A stretch of DNA of 64,000 bases, from positions 1 through 64,000 of the IMG/VR virus record IMGVR_UViG_3300021387_001438; one strand, given 5' to 3'. The notes under the pieces were generated by a model. The model was not told the origin of the DNA. It did no database searches and was given only the letters and a program-made list of their open reading frames with translations. Positions 29,827 to 39,902 of the stretch are shown here, piece by piece. The first letter of the stretch is position 1. Each line of letters opens with the position of its first letter. The position numbers and the translations under genes are program-made. The DNA comes from a virus. Its lineage: Duplodnaviria > Caudoviricetes.

Positions 29827-30603
29827 ATGAAAAGAAAAATGAAAGATAGTGACTATTATTATAACTCAGAACCAGAAGATTTTGATGTTGAAGGAGTTTT
29901 TGAAAAGGTAGTAGCAAAGCATGCTCCTACATATTTTGATACATGTGAAGTTATATATGGTTGGGCAGAAATTAATATTTCACAAATTTTAAATAAATTA
30001 GATGCAAGTACTAAATCTACAATCATTAATAAAATTATTGATGAATTAAATAATAAATTTGAGACCACTGTAGTTTATGAAGATGATGTATTTGCTGTTA
30101 GTCTTGAAGGTGCAAATATTGCAGAAGAAGAAGTTGGGTATACTGCTGATACAACTCTTGTTGAAGATTTAGAAGGTCCAGATATGTATGATGTTCTTGA
30201 AAATGAAAAGCATATCATTGATAAAAAACTTTATAATGTATTTAAGGTTCCTGCTAATGCAAAATATGATATTACTAGTGGTGATGAATATATTTATTAT
30301 GGTACATATAATTTAGATGTTCAATTTATTGAAGATGGCTTCGATTTTATTAAGTCAAAATTTGCAGATAAAGCATGGCACATTATTTATCATGTTTTAG
30401 AAGATAATGATTTAACAGGAATGCTAGTACCAGATGAAAATGATATTGAAGAAACAGAAGTAATTGAAAGCAATGTATTCGCTGGTAAGGCTGGATTATT
30501 TACTGGTAAACTTACTATTGATAATATTAGAGTTTATTGGGAATATGATTGTAATGATTTAGTTGCTGAACCTGATGAATATGATGAATATTATGATAGA
30601 TAA
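29827..30603 (+). CDS. Acidic hypothetical virion protein
   Basis: RBS AAGGA before ATG 29827; begins MKRKMKDS. Confidence 0.6.
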   Translation: MKRKMKDSDYYYNSEPEDFDVEGVFEKVVAKHAPTYFDTCEVIYGWAEINISQILNKLDASTKSTIINKIIDELNNKFETTVVYEDDVFAVSLEGANIAEEEVGYTADTTLVEDLEGPDMYDVLENEKHIIDKKLYNVFKVPANAKYDITSGDEYIYYGTYNLDVQFIEDGFDFIKSKFADKAWHIIYHVLEDNDLTGMLVPDENDIEETEVIESNVFAGKAGLFTGKLTIDNIRVYWEYDCNDLVAEPDEYDEYYDR

Positions 30604-30621
30604 AAGGAGGTATAAAATATT

Positions 30622-31275
30622 ATGCCAAATCAAATGACTTTTGCAGAAGTAGATGGATATATTGTATGCTATATTAATGGTATAGAAGTATCTAGAGCTA
30701 AGAAAGCTGCTGATGGTACATCAACAGCAGAAGTAATAGATATTATTAATGACCAGATTAAAGCGAATCCTACTCTTGAAGGTACTGAACCAGATTTAGA
30801 AGGGTTAGAAGTTTCTGGTGATAAATATGCTGTTCCTCAAGGTGGAGGAGGAGCAACTTTAGACGATATTGTAGACTCAGCAGGAAATAAAAGATTTATT
30901 GAAGGTAATTTAAATTTTGTTTTGCCTGAAGTGTATCCATTAACAAACGTATACAGTAAATGGAGTTTAAGTGGTACTCATTTAATGATTGTTGGTGTTT
31001 TAGCAAATAACACTGAAAATTCAATTACAATTGCTTCAAATATAAATATCTTTGAATTAGAATTGCCAGATTATATAATGTCAAAAATTATCCCTATTAA
31101 CGCCGGTAATGGATTAGTTAGTAATATATCCGGATTAGATGGTAATTCCGTAACCATTCCTTTTAAATTATTTAAAGGTAACATATTGGCAATAAGAGGT
31201 ATTACTAGTGGATTGTCAGCTGGTAAACAAGTTCGTTTCCAATTCGACCTATTAATAGACGCTGATTATAGCTAG
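30622..31275 (+). CDS. Fibre-like modular protein
   Basis: ANPTLEGTEPDLEGLEVSGDKYAVPQGGGG module followed by a beta-rich domain. Confidence 0.55.
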   Translation: MPNQMTFAEVDGYIVCYINGIEVSRAKKAADGTSTAEVIDIINDQIKANPTLEGTEPDLEGLEVSGDKYAVPQGGGGATLDDIVDSAGNKRFIEGNLNFVLPEVYPLTNVYSKWSLSGTHLMIVGVLANNTENSITIASNINIFELELPDYIMSKIIPINAGNGLVSNISGLDGNSVTIPFKLFKGNILAIRGITSGLSAGKQVRFQFDLLIDADYS

Positions 31276-31288
31276 GAGGTAAAAATTA

Positions 31289-32371
31289 ATGCCTGCAGAT
31301 AATAGAAAATTTTATAGATATAATGTAGAAGGAGAATATTTTGATGAGGATTCAGGAATTATCAAAGAAATAATTTATTATCCTGATACAAAAGAAATTA
31401 CTTTTACATTTTTAGATAATAGTCAAAAGACTGTTGAATTAGCTAATTTAGTTGCCAACACAGAGTTGTCAACATTGTTAGCAAGATATATTACTTCCGA
31501 TACACTTGATATTACCGAAGCAGAAGAAAGCACAAATATTGAAGTCCCAGAATCATACAAGAATTGTTACATTGTTACAAGAAATGATATTAGCGATATT
31601 ACAGTTTTATCTAATGATACTTATTCCATTACTTTGTCGGAAGAAATAGAGCAAGTCATTACTGGTTTTAAACAAAATCTTTATGTAGATTGGGTAACAG
31701 AATTTCCAGAACTTTCAAGTATATTAGGTATCATTAAATTAACTAATTGTTATCCTTCAAAGAAAATAAATGGTGATGAAGAAGTACCTACTTATTATAT
31801 TTTTAGTGCTACTGATGGTTTGAATGATTTTAGTATGGGTTTCTTTTATGAAGATGATACATGGAAAGTTACAATTACATATGGTGCTTTAGCCGATAGA
31901 GAGTATGTAAGTATGGAAGTCAGTCGATTAGAAATCCAAATCGGAGAAAAATCAACCATTATTCCTAATCCAACTTTAGTTGGTGATGAGCCAGATTTAG
32001 AGGGTGCTGAAATTGATGGTGTTAAGTACAAAGTCGGTGGTGGTGGAAAGGAATATATACATAAAATTTCTTTGTCAAGTGTAACTTTTGGAAATTACAG
32101 TTTGGTAATAAAAAACCAAAATAATACTCCTTTTACTGTCAATGTTCTCACTGCATGGCTTTTATCTAATGGATATGTACAAAATGAAAGTTATTTAAGC
32201 GTATCACTTATTACAAAAGGAACAGATGATTCTATTGTAACTGGAATTTCTGCAAGACCTAACTATTCTAATACTTTATATCTTAATACTATATATTTTA
32301 ATGTTGATAAAATTGATTTATATAAATCAAACGACAGCCCTACAATTACTGATACAGTTACGGAGGTATAA
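31289..32371 (+). CDS. Fibre-like modular protein
   Basis: PNPTLVGDEPDLEGAEIDGVKYKVGGGG module shared with 30622. Confidence 0.55.
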   Translation: MPADNRKFYRYNVEGEYFDEDSGIIKEIIYYPDTKEITFTFLDNSQKTVELANLVANTELSTLLARYITSDTLDITEAEESTNIEVPESYKNCYIVTRNDISDITVLSNDTYSITLSEEIEQVITGFKQNLYVDWVTEFPELSSILGIIKLTNCYPSKKINGDEEVPTYYIFSATDGLNDFSMGFFYEDDTWKVTITYGALADREYVSMEVSRLEIQIGEKSTIIPNPTLVGDEPDLEGAEIDGVKYKVGGGGKEYIHKISLSSVTFGNYSLVIKNQNNTPFTVNVLTAWLLSNGYVQNESYLSVSLITKGTDDSIVTGISARPNYSNTLYLNTIYFNVDKIDLYKSNDSPTITDTVTEV

Positions 32372-32373
32372 TC

Positions 32374-32550
32374 ATGAATTATTACTATAATGAAACTGAA
32401 AAATCTTTTGCAATAACAACTAATTTTGCTTACAGCCCTATTCCTAAAGGATTCAAAAAGATTTCAAAAGCAAAATATGAAGAATTGCAAGCAGAATTAA
32501 ATCAAGAAAATACTGGTACTGGCGAAGCCAATTCCAGTGAAAATAATTAA
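32374..32550 (+). CDS. Small 58-aa protein (possible fibre chaperone), not in ORF track
   Basis: RBS GGAGG; MNYYYNETEKSFAITTNFAYSPIPKGFKKISKAKYEELQAEL... Confidence 0.55.
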   Translation: MNYYYNETEKSFAITTNFAYSPIPKGFKKISKAKYEELQAELNQENTGTGEANSSENN

Positions 32551-32575
32551 AAAATAAGAAAGGAAAAATAAAATT

Positions 32576-33709
32576 ATGGCAAATAGAAGTAAAGAAAATG
32601 TAAAAAGATTCGCAGAGAACATTTCAAAGGAGATGGCAACTGATGCTTACAATGGAGGCGGCGCAGTTGTAGTTACTGAATTACCAGAAACAGGCGAACC
32701 TCATACAATTTATGAATTACATCAAACTGCTGAACCTGCATATAATTGGGTTGCGATGTGTACTCAACAGATGTATGATGATGGTGTTGCTACAGGAAGA
32801 GAAGTTATGGGAGTATTACTCATTTTTGATACATATACTCAAATGACAAATGTATTTGGTAATATCACTATTACTGGTCTACTACCAAATATTCTTGCAT
32901 ATTTAAAAAATGAAGATAAATTATATGGTGTATTTGATGACAGAGGTGAATGGGGATTTATTGAAGTTGAAAAGCACTCTGATTATAGTTTTGGACCATT
33001 TATGGAAGATGCACCACTTACATATGTTCTTAAATCTTATGAAGGGTATGATGAAGCAACTGATAAGTACTATGGTACATTATATGATGGTACTAGAGTA
33101 GAACTAGATAGCAGTAATAAAGGATTTATTCTTCATCAAACTAATCTTGGTAGTATGGAAGTAGTTATTTGTATGATGGATTTAAAAGCAATCCCGGTTG
33201 GTTCTACAGTATATACTGAAATTCCTTATAGTGATATAATTCAAAATCCAATGAACTTTCAAGAATGGGTGTTTAAACCAGACCAAGGAGGAGAAAAAGT
33301 TAGTTATTGGTATTATACTAATAATGAATGGGTTAATATGGATGAGATTCCTAGCACTAATATAGTTAAAATAGGTATTACTTGTTCTAATGGTACTTAT
33401 AGCGTACTAACGCTACCATTAAACTCTATAACAGTAACATATGATGATGTAGATTATAGAGTTACTCAATATGCTCAAACTGAAGTAGCAACTGAAGTAG
33501 TAGATACCGTTACTTATTATGGATATATTGAAGTACCAATGCCTACTCAAGACAATCTTACTCATACTATCAAAGTGTCTACTACTGAACTAGCCATTAA
33601 TTGGTGGTATGAAATGATATCTAATATAGCTTCTTCATTAAATGAAGATTATCCAACTGAGATACAAGGTATTCCAGCAATAAAGATATATTATGAATAT
33701 AATGCTTAA
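32576..33709 (+). CDS. MANR-leader modular virion protein 3
   Basis: MANR leader, VVTELPETGEPHTIYELH and SYWYYTNNEWVNMD modules; paralogue of 28525. Confidence 0.6.
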   Translation: MANRSKENVKRFAENISKEMATDAYNGGGAVVVTELPETGEPHTIYELHQTAEPAYNWVAMCTQQMYDDGVATGREVMGVLLIFDTYTQMTNVFGNITITGLLPNILAYLKNEDKLYGVFDDRGEWGFIEVEKHSDYSFGPFMEDAPLTYVLKSYEGYDEATDKYYGTLYDGTRVELDSSNKGFILHQTNLGSMEVVICMMDLKAIPVGSTVYTEIPYSDIIQNPMNFQEWVFKPDQGGEKVSYWYYTNNEWVNMDEIPSTNIVKIGITCSNGTYSVLTLPLNSITVTYDDVDYRVTQYAQTEVATEVVDTVTYYGYIEVPMPTQDNLTHTIKVSTTELAINWWYEMISNIASSLNEDYPTEIQGIPAIKIYYEYNA

Positions 33710-33744
33710 TATAGTAGCAATCAACTAATAATTAGGAAGAAAAT

Positions 33745-33775
33745 AAAAAGAACACTAGATTCTAGCGTTCTTTTT
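33745..33775. terminator. Bidirectional terminator between the converging modules
   Basis: AAAAAGAAC-A-CTAG-ATT-CTAG-C-GTTCTTTTT. Confidence 0.75.
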
Positions 33776-33778
33776 ATT

Positions 33779-34447
33779 TTATATATTTACTCTTCCTTTT
33801 GGTTTTATATGTGATTTCTTTGGTCTTCTATCATTTAAAAATGGAAATGCATCTGATTTAACTATCCAACTTATACCAAAGAAAAATAATGCGATAGCTT
33901 CTATTATCCATGTAAGATTATAACAATCAAATCCAGGAATAAAATCTAATAAAAATAATGTAAATGAGCCAATCATACCAATACCACATATACGATAAAT
34001 AATATTTTTAATTCTCTTTTGTTTAGTAGTCGTACCTCCTGTTTTTGTAAACAAGAAGAACGACATAAATGCTAAAACACTGAAAAATCCTACAGCACTT
34101 ATACAATGAAAAATATTACTTATATTTGATGGTAAATGTAAAATTCCTGTTTTGGTATCTGGATTATCTAAATAAGTCATAGGAAATAGACAAATTAAAA
34201 TACCAAATACTCCGGCAATTGTTGATGAAATATCATCCAATTTATCATATCCTTTATAATTAATAAGTAATATTCCTGCACTACCAAGAATTACCATAAA
34301 TGTTCCAACTGTAAAGTATGAATAATAAGTTATTGATATTGATTGAACCCAAGATAAACTAATTAAAACTACCATCCATGGAAGTAGTATACCAAGAATT
34401 CCAATCATAATTCTCATTCTTTTTGTATCAACAGTTACATCTCTCAT
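33779..34447 (-). CDS. Multi-pass membrane protein (DUF998-like)
   Basis: About 6 TM helices; IGILGILLP, SISITYYS, H.ISA..FF and IIEAIAL..FG.SW motifs. Confidence 0.6.
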   Translation of the reverse strand: MRDVTVDTKRMRIMIGILGILLPWMVVLISLSWVQSISITYYSYFTVGTFMVILGSAGILLINYKGYDKLDDISSTIAGVFGILICLFPMTYLDNPDTKTGILHLPSNISNIFHCISAVGFFSVLAFMSFFLFTKTGGTTTKQKRIKNIIYRICGIGMIGSFTLFLLDFIPGFDCYNLTWIIEAIALFFFGISWIVKSDAFPFLNDRRPKKSHIKPKGRVNI

Positions 34448-34459
34448 ATTTATTTCTCC

Positions 34460-36496
34460 TTAAATTATATTTCCATAGAATTTTACTGCTACTCTTATAT
34501 TAGCTACGAATCCATCGGCATGAGTTCTGAATTTTAATTCATCAGCATGATTCTTATCATACTTAAAATTATCAATATCTGCCTTTGTTAATACACAACT
34601 TGTATCAAGTAAAACCTGTTTTCTTGAGAATCCAAGATTTAAGTTTGATACCGATTTATCAAAGTCGATTCCATATGTATATCTTTCGATTGAAAGTTGG
34701 TCATTAAATATTCCACTCAAAGATTCATCCAAACTACAATCAATGAATACATTTTTATCTGGAGCAAACTCTTTTAATTTTCTTAATCCTTCATCAAAAT
34801 TTGCGATAAACATTTGTTCCCTTGTTACAATAAGCTTAGAAATTACATCATATTTAATTGCGATTTCTGATACTTTCCATACATCTCTATCTTTATAAAC
34901 AAATACATTTGTATAATCATAAAGCTCTTTAGTAACTTTAAGCATATTTGAATCATTAAATGATTTACCATAAACCGCAAATCTTTTATCCATGAAACAG
35001 AATAATACTAATTGTGAGAATGCATCAACAATATCATCGTGGTCTACAGATGGGAATGCTAAAAGTTTATTTTTTAATAATTCAAGTGCGGGTGATAATT
35101 TCCATGTGCCACTTAATTTATCAAAAACATCTTTAACAAATACAACATTTCCACCGGCTTCTAAATTCATACCAGAATTCATATAAAGTGTTGCTGATTC
35201 AAGTCTTTGATATTTAGATTGACTTCCTGGCTGGAAAGTTTTTAGACCTGCAACCTTGTCAGAAAGCTGTTGAAGAATTGGAGCACCATTTGCTTTATCT
35301 TCGACAACCTGAATAATTCCTGGGAATTTCTCTTCAAGAGTTGTTACATACTCAATAGATTTATTAAATGCTTGCTTAACTTCTAATGCATCTTTAATAT
35401 ATAATCTTGAACCAACCTTATATGCTAAAACAGAACCCAAGAAATCTGATTTTTCTTTATCTTTTACTGGGAAGTCATGAGAAGCATAAATTTCTTTTGA
35501 TTGTGAAATAGATGGACATTTTGGTAGGTCTTCCTCATAAATCATTTCTTCCTTTACAGGAGCATCATCAGAAGCAGTTGGGTCTTGAAGATACTGTGTT
35601 CTAAATACAGATTCACCAACATTATTTCTAATTTCAGAATAATCACCGAATCGTTCTGGCCAAAGAGGAGCTCCTTTACCAAAACAAATTACATCTCCTG
35701 AAATAGGACAAATAAATAAAGTAGCCTTTGAGAATAGTGCCGGAAAATTTACGAAGATGTAACTATTTCGTAGATTCTCATCATTCATAATTCTTCCTGT
35801 TATATCGTTTCTAGATAGTCTCTGTTGAATATTTATAATGATACACTTGTTGATATTATTAATACGAGATGGCATGGTATTTTGATAATAATGCCAAGCA
35901 TTAGACATTTCTTGTTTATCCTTACGAGCTTGCTCTGCATTAACTAAATCATCGTTGATGATAATATCACCACCATAGCCGGTCATGGCATCACGAGATT
36001 GAGAATAAAGTTCGCCACCTCTACTATCAACAAGAGATTCTGCAGTATCAGTAATGATTTTTATATCTGGATATAACTCTTTAAATCTAGCTGAATTAAC
36101 AATAGCTTTTCTTTTAGAGTTCATTTTTGTAGCAAGCCCACCTTTATGGGAAATAGATACTGCTTTTATTGGTGCAAATGTCCATAACCAAACAGGACCA
36201 AATACATTAAATATACTTGATTTACTGTGTCTTGGTGGAATTGTAATATTTATATTTTTCTTCTTTTTTCTGATGTCGATTACTTCGTAATCCTCAACAT
36301 TGTTAGGTAATATAACATCTGGATTTTCATAACCAATCCAATCTCTACACATATATTGAAAAGTTTCACAAAAAATTTGTACTATTTTACCATCTTCAAA
36401 TTTTGCAGGTTCACATGTTGGCCAAAAGTCCTTCACGAAATCGTAGAAGGACTTTTTATAAAGCTCTCGATAGAGTAACTTTTCTGTGGCATTCAT
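34460..36496 (-). CDS. terL: Terminase large subunit with C-terminal extension
   Basis: IPPRHSKS Walker A, IINDD Walker B, IQQRL, YLQDP coupling motif, HDDIVDA nuclease motif. Confidence 0.9.
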   Translation of the reverse strand: MNATEKLLYRELYKKSFYDFVKDFWPTCEPAKFEDGKIVQIFCETFQYMCRDWIGYENPDVILPNNVEDYEVIDIRKKKKNINITIPPRHSKSSIFNVFGPVWLWTFAPIKAVSISHKGGLATKMNSKRKAIVNSARFKELYPDIKIITDTAESLVDSRGGELYSQSRDAMTGYGGDIIINDDLVNAEQARKDKQEMSNAWHYYQNTMPSRINNINKCIIINIQQRLSRNDITGRIMNDENLRNSYIFVNFPALFSKATLFICPISGDVICFGKGAPLWPERFGDYSEIRNNVGESVFRTQYLQDPTASDDAPVKEEMIYEEDLPKCPSISQSKEIYASHDFPVKDKEKSDFLGSVLAYKVGSRLYIKDALEVKQAFNKSIEYVTTLEEKFPGIIQVVEDKANGAPILQQLSDKVAGLKTFQPGSQSKYQRLESATLYMNSGMNLEAGGNVVFVKDVFDKLSGTWKLSPALELLKNKLLAFPSVDHDDIVDAFSQLVLFCFMDKRFAVYGKSFNDSNMLKVTKELYDYTNVFVYKDRDVWKVSEIAIKYDVISKLIVTREQMFIANFDEGLRKLKEFAPDKNVFIDCSLDESLSGIFNDQLSIERYTYGIDFDKSVSNLNLGFSRKQVLLDTSCVLTKADIDNFKYDKNHADELKFRTHADGFVANIRVAVKFYGNII

Positions 36497-36499
36497 GTA

Positions 36500-36937
36500 T
36501 TAAGCCTTAGTTTCTTCAGATGGTTTTTCTTCTGTAGTCTTTTCACTAATTGCTTTAACTTTTTCTAAATATGCTTTTTCAGTTTCTCTAAACATATCAA
36601 ATGTATTGATAAGTAATGTAACAATGGATTCCGTTGTTAAATCAGAATGAGCTAAATTATTCTTTTTTTCATTTTCATAATTGTAGATTAATAAACTAAC
36701 CGCAGTTAAGCTATCATTAAATGTTAGGGCTTTTGCAGCTAAAACATTTCTGTCGGCCTTTAATGACTCAAGAAAATTCTCATTAATCTTGTCATTATCT
36801 GGACTCTTTTCAATAATGTTGATTAATACATCTTGCTGAACAAGTGCCTTTTCAACATCTTCTTTAGCCTTTGTTAGGCTCTGCTTTACCTCATAAAGCT
36901 TTGAAATTTTTGATACTAGATTTACTTGTGTTTCCAT
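36500..36937 (-). CDS. Hypothetical helical protein
   Basis: 145 aa ORF tightly packed between polymerase and terminase. Confidence 0.6.
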   Translation of the reverse strand: METQVNLVSKISKLYEVKQSLTKAKEDVEKALVQQDVLINIIEKSPDNDKINENFLESLKADRNVLAAKALTFNDSLTAVSLLIYNYENEKKNNLAHSDLTTESIVTLLINTFDMFRETEKAYLEKVKAISEKTTEEKPSEETKA

Positions 36938-36938
36938 T

Positions 36939-38714
36939 TTAAATAAATTCTCCTATTCTCTCATAAATTCTTTCTACATAGTAATCATAATCAATATTTT
37001 TTTCCAAAAAATCTTTGGCTTCATCAGTGAATAAATCACGATTATAAATAAATACTGAATTTGGTAAACTTGCAACCTTTGCAACTTTATCTTTTGCAAC
37101 ACCTTTTTTATGCTTATTTACCATACCAATACATTTTTTATTATTCCATGCAAATGCTCTACAAATCGGACCAACATTCATTGATGATGTTGAACCATCA
37201 GAATTAATTAAATCATAAGTTAAATAATTGAATGTACCTTTTTTACAAGCATATTGGAATAATCTAAAATCATCTTTTAATTCTTCAACAGTTTCTTCTG
37301 GTGTTTTATCATATATTAGTGCATTAACAATACCTTTTGCGATAATCGCGGGTTCTTTACAATTAAATATTGTTCCAGCGGAATATGCTTTATCAGAGAA
37401 ATCATAGTTTTTAAGTGCTTCACCTTTAACTTCAACATCTCCATGCTCATCTTGATAAATATAGTTATTAACATCTCGCTGAAACAAATTATAAATATAT
37501 TTTGGTTTTATAACAAAATTAGTTCGCTTTAACCAACCATCAAGAATCTCAAGAATCTTCTTTTCATCTTCATCAGAATTAGGAAGCAACATTAATCCAT
37601 CTGTATTAGTTTGGACAAATATGCAATATTTGTATATTTTTTCCATTAAATCTATAAGGAATAATTCACCTGTGACTGGTACTAAAGTACCAATTTCAGG
37701 GTCATACATTGCTGAACCTTTATATCCTTGAGCACCAAAAACTGCTAAAAGAATTGTTTTATATGATTTTCTTTTTGGACTAGATGGGTCAATTTTCTTT
37801 AAAGCTATTTGTTGGTCATACATCATTACATATCTCTTTTTTCCTTCTTCTGGAATTGCACGAGATAATAAATCATAATTAATCATAACTAAATTATAAT
37901 AGCCTGACACATCTAAATATAATAATCTTTTATAATAAACTTTTTTAAGTGCCTGATGTAATCCACCAGCACCTAAAGATAATACTGCATTACCAATAGT
38001 AATTTCTTTCATTTTAGTAGAAGTCCTAAACTCTTCATTTAAATAAAAATCAATTACTTCTTGATTTTCAATAATTAAATTTGAATACATTTTTGGTGGA
38101 ACTTTTTTATATTCTAATGATACATCTTTTTTAGCCATCAAAACTGTTGAAGCAATTTGAGCTCCTGTCATATCTAAACAATCAGCTAAATCAAGTTTCC
38201 ATTCTTTAATGATATCTAATCTTAATTCAAATCTATCATATGTTGCTCTAAAATTATATAATGTTTGATATAAGTCTGATTGATTATATTTTTCAGTCAA
38301 TCTCTTTTCTTCTTCTGTTAAAGGCCTATCCAAGTCAAAGTCAACTTCTGTTGTATCAATTGACTTACCTGCGATAAGTTCTGTAAGCTTTAATGAGATT
38401 TGTTCACCATAGCCTGTATTCATTACATCATAGTGATAAAACTTCAAATTTGAGTAAATTTTCTCACCATTAATAATTGCTTTAGAAGTCTTATAAGAAT
38501 CTTTATCTTTAGATATTGCTTCTAAAACTAGATTATCATAAAACTTACCATTCCAATTTATATAAATTGAATCTTCATAAGTACACTCAAAGAAATTTTT
38601 GATATCATTTATATCCCATATTTGATATAATTTTTGACTATTTCCATCAATTACAATACATCCAAATAATGTATCATACTTAAAAACTTCGAAGTCACAT
38701 ATAATCAACTTCAA
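36939..38714 (-). CDS. Family B DNA polymerase
   Basis: Exonuclease CDFE, NGKFYD; polymerase motifs LDVSGYY, KTILLAVFG, QTNTDG. Confidence 0.8.
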   Translation of the reverse strand: MKLIICDFEVFKYDTLFGCIVIDGNSQKLYQIWDINDIKNFFECTYEDSIYINWNGKFYDNLVLEAISKDKDSYKTSKAIINGEKIYSNLKFYHYDVMNTGYGEQISLKLTELIAGKSIDTTEVDFDLDRPLTEEEKRLTEKYNQSDLYQTLYNFRATYDRFELRLDIIKEWKLDLADCLDMTGAQIASTVLMAKKDVSLEYKKVPPKMYSNLIIENQEVIDFYLNEEFRTSTKMKEITIGNAVLSLGAGGLHQALKKVYYKRLLYLDVSGYYNLVMINYDLLSRAIPEEGKKRYVMMYDQQIALKKIDPSSPKRKSYKTILLAVFGAQGYKGSAMYDPEIGTLVPVTGELFLIDLMEKIYKYCIFVQTNTDGLMLLPNSDEDEKKILEILDGWLKRTNFVIKPKYIYNLFQRDVNNYIYQDEHGDVEVKGEALKNYDFSDKAYSAGTIFNCKEPAIIAKGIVNALIYDKTPEETVEELKDDFRLFQYACKKGTFNYLTYDLINSDGSTSSMNVGPICRAFAWNNKKCIGMVNKHKKGVAKDKVAKVASLPNSVFIYNRDLFTDEAKDFLEKNIDYDYYVERIYERIGEFI

Positions 38715-38725
38715 ATGACATCACG

Positions 38726-39136
38726 CTACTTTCCTGTTGAGCCGTTCCAACCAGCACCTCTTGCTTCACCTAAATCATCAACAAAGTCACAAATAACTAC
38801 TGGAACAATAACTAATTGACCAATTCTATCTCCACGCTTAATTTCATAATCATGATTAGATTGATTAGTAATAATCGCATGAATTGGTCCTCTATAAGAA
38901 GAATCAATTGGTGATAGTTGAGTAATAATTCCTAACTTTGATAAGCTTGACCTTGGATGAATAAATCCAGTATATCCATTTGGAATTTCAGTACCAAAAC
39001 CAAGATTGATTGCATATGTTTCATGAGCTTTAATAATAACATCTTCAGGTGAATAGCAATCTGCGCCAGCATCATCATAATGCTTTCTACATGGAGCTTG
39101 ATAGAAATTATCAAACTTAATAATTTTAATTTTCAT
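38726..39136 (-). CDS. dut: Trimeric dUTPase
   Basis: DAGAD, PRSS, IDSSYRG, RIGQLV and RGAGWNGSTG motifs. Confidence 0.92.
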   Translation of the reverse strand: MKIKIIKFDNFYQAPCRKHYDDAGADCYSPEDVIIKAHETYAINLGFGTEIPNGYTGFIHPRSSLSKLGIITQLSPIDSSYRGPIHAIITNQSNHDYEIKRGDRIGQLVIVPVVICDFVDDLGEARGAGWNGSTGK

Positions 39137-39902
39137 TTTTTACCTCTTTATATAATAATGGGAATTTTTTTCTTAATAATTCTGTTGGATTGTCAGTCTT
39201 AGCAAATGGACAGTTACATGCCATTTTGCCTTCTTGACAACCTCTTTTTTGACATGGAGCACCAGTTGTACTTATTGAAAATAAAATTGGGTCTAACTTA
39301 TATAATTCTTCCCATATTCTTAATGTAACATATTGAGTTTCTAATGTATTTCTGTTACAAATTCTTGTTGAAATCATTTGTTTAAATGCAAGTGGGTTAG
39401 CAGAAATAATTAAAACATTCCTTAATCCTTGAGGAGCCATATAACCAGCTGCATCATTATCAATTCCATTTGTTACAGCATTTCTATAATCTGTCATAGA
39501 TTTTCTGCAAGATTTTAAATAATCTTTTTCTTGATGCTTTTCCATAATATCATATGGAACAACAAAGTCTGCTTTACCAGAATAATCTGAATATTGAAGA
39601 CTTGCTGATGTAAATGTAAAGCCAGCAGTATGTCTTGTAATTTGTGCTAAGAATCTTCTTGATGCACCAACTACAACAATATTGATAGTTGCAAATCTTT
39701 GAATAGTAGTATGTGGTAATTCACACATCATTTGATAAGTTTCATCTTTTGATGACTTATTATATAAATCAATAAAATCATTCATTGATTTAATGTTATG
39801 ACCTCTTTGTGTTAATCTTGCTGCACAAACTGTCATTTTTCTTGAAGTTTCTAATACTTCTGGATTTAATACTTTTACTTCTATATTATTCATTTTGAAC
39901 AC
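39126..39902 (-). CDS. thyX: FAD-dependent thymidylate synthase
   Basis: SRRFLAQITRH, SASLQYSD, AGYMAPQG and RIC motifs. Confidence 0.85.
   Translation of the reverse strand: MFKMNNIEVKVLNPEVLETSRKMTVCAARLTQRGHNIKSMNDFIDLYNKSSKDETYQMMCELPHTTIQRFATINIVVVGASRRFLAQITRHTAGFTFTSASLQYSDYSGKADFVVPYDIMEKHQEKDYLKSCRKSMTDYRNAVTNGIDNDAAGYMAPQGLRNVLIISANPLAFKQMISTRICNRNTLETQYVTLRIWEELYKLDPILFSISTTGAPCQKRGCQEGKMACNCPFAKTDNPTELLRKKFPLLYKEVKNEN

Noticed and set aside
28106-33709. Diversity-generating retroelement acting on the fibre cassette
   Set aside because: No reverse transcriptase and no adenine-specific TR/VR pair seen
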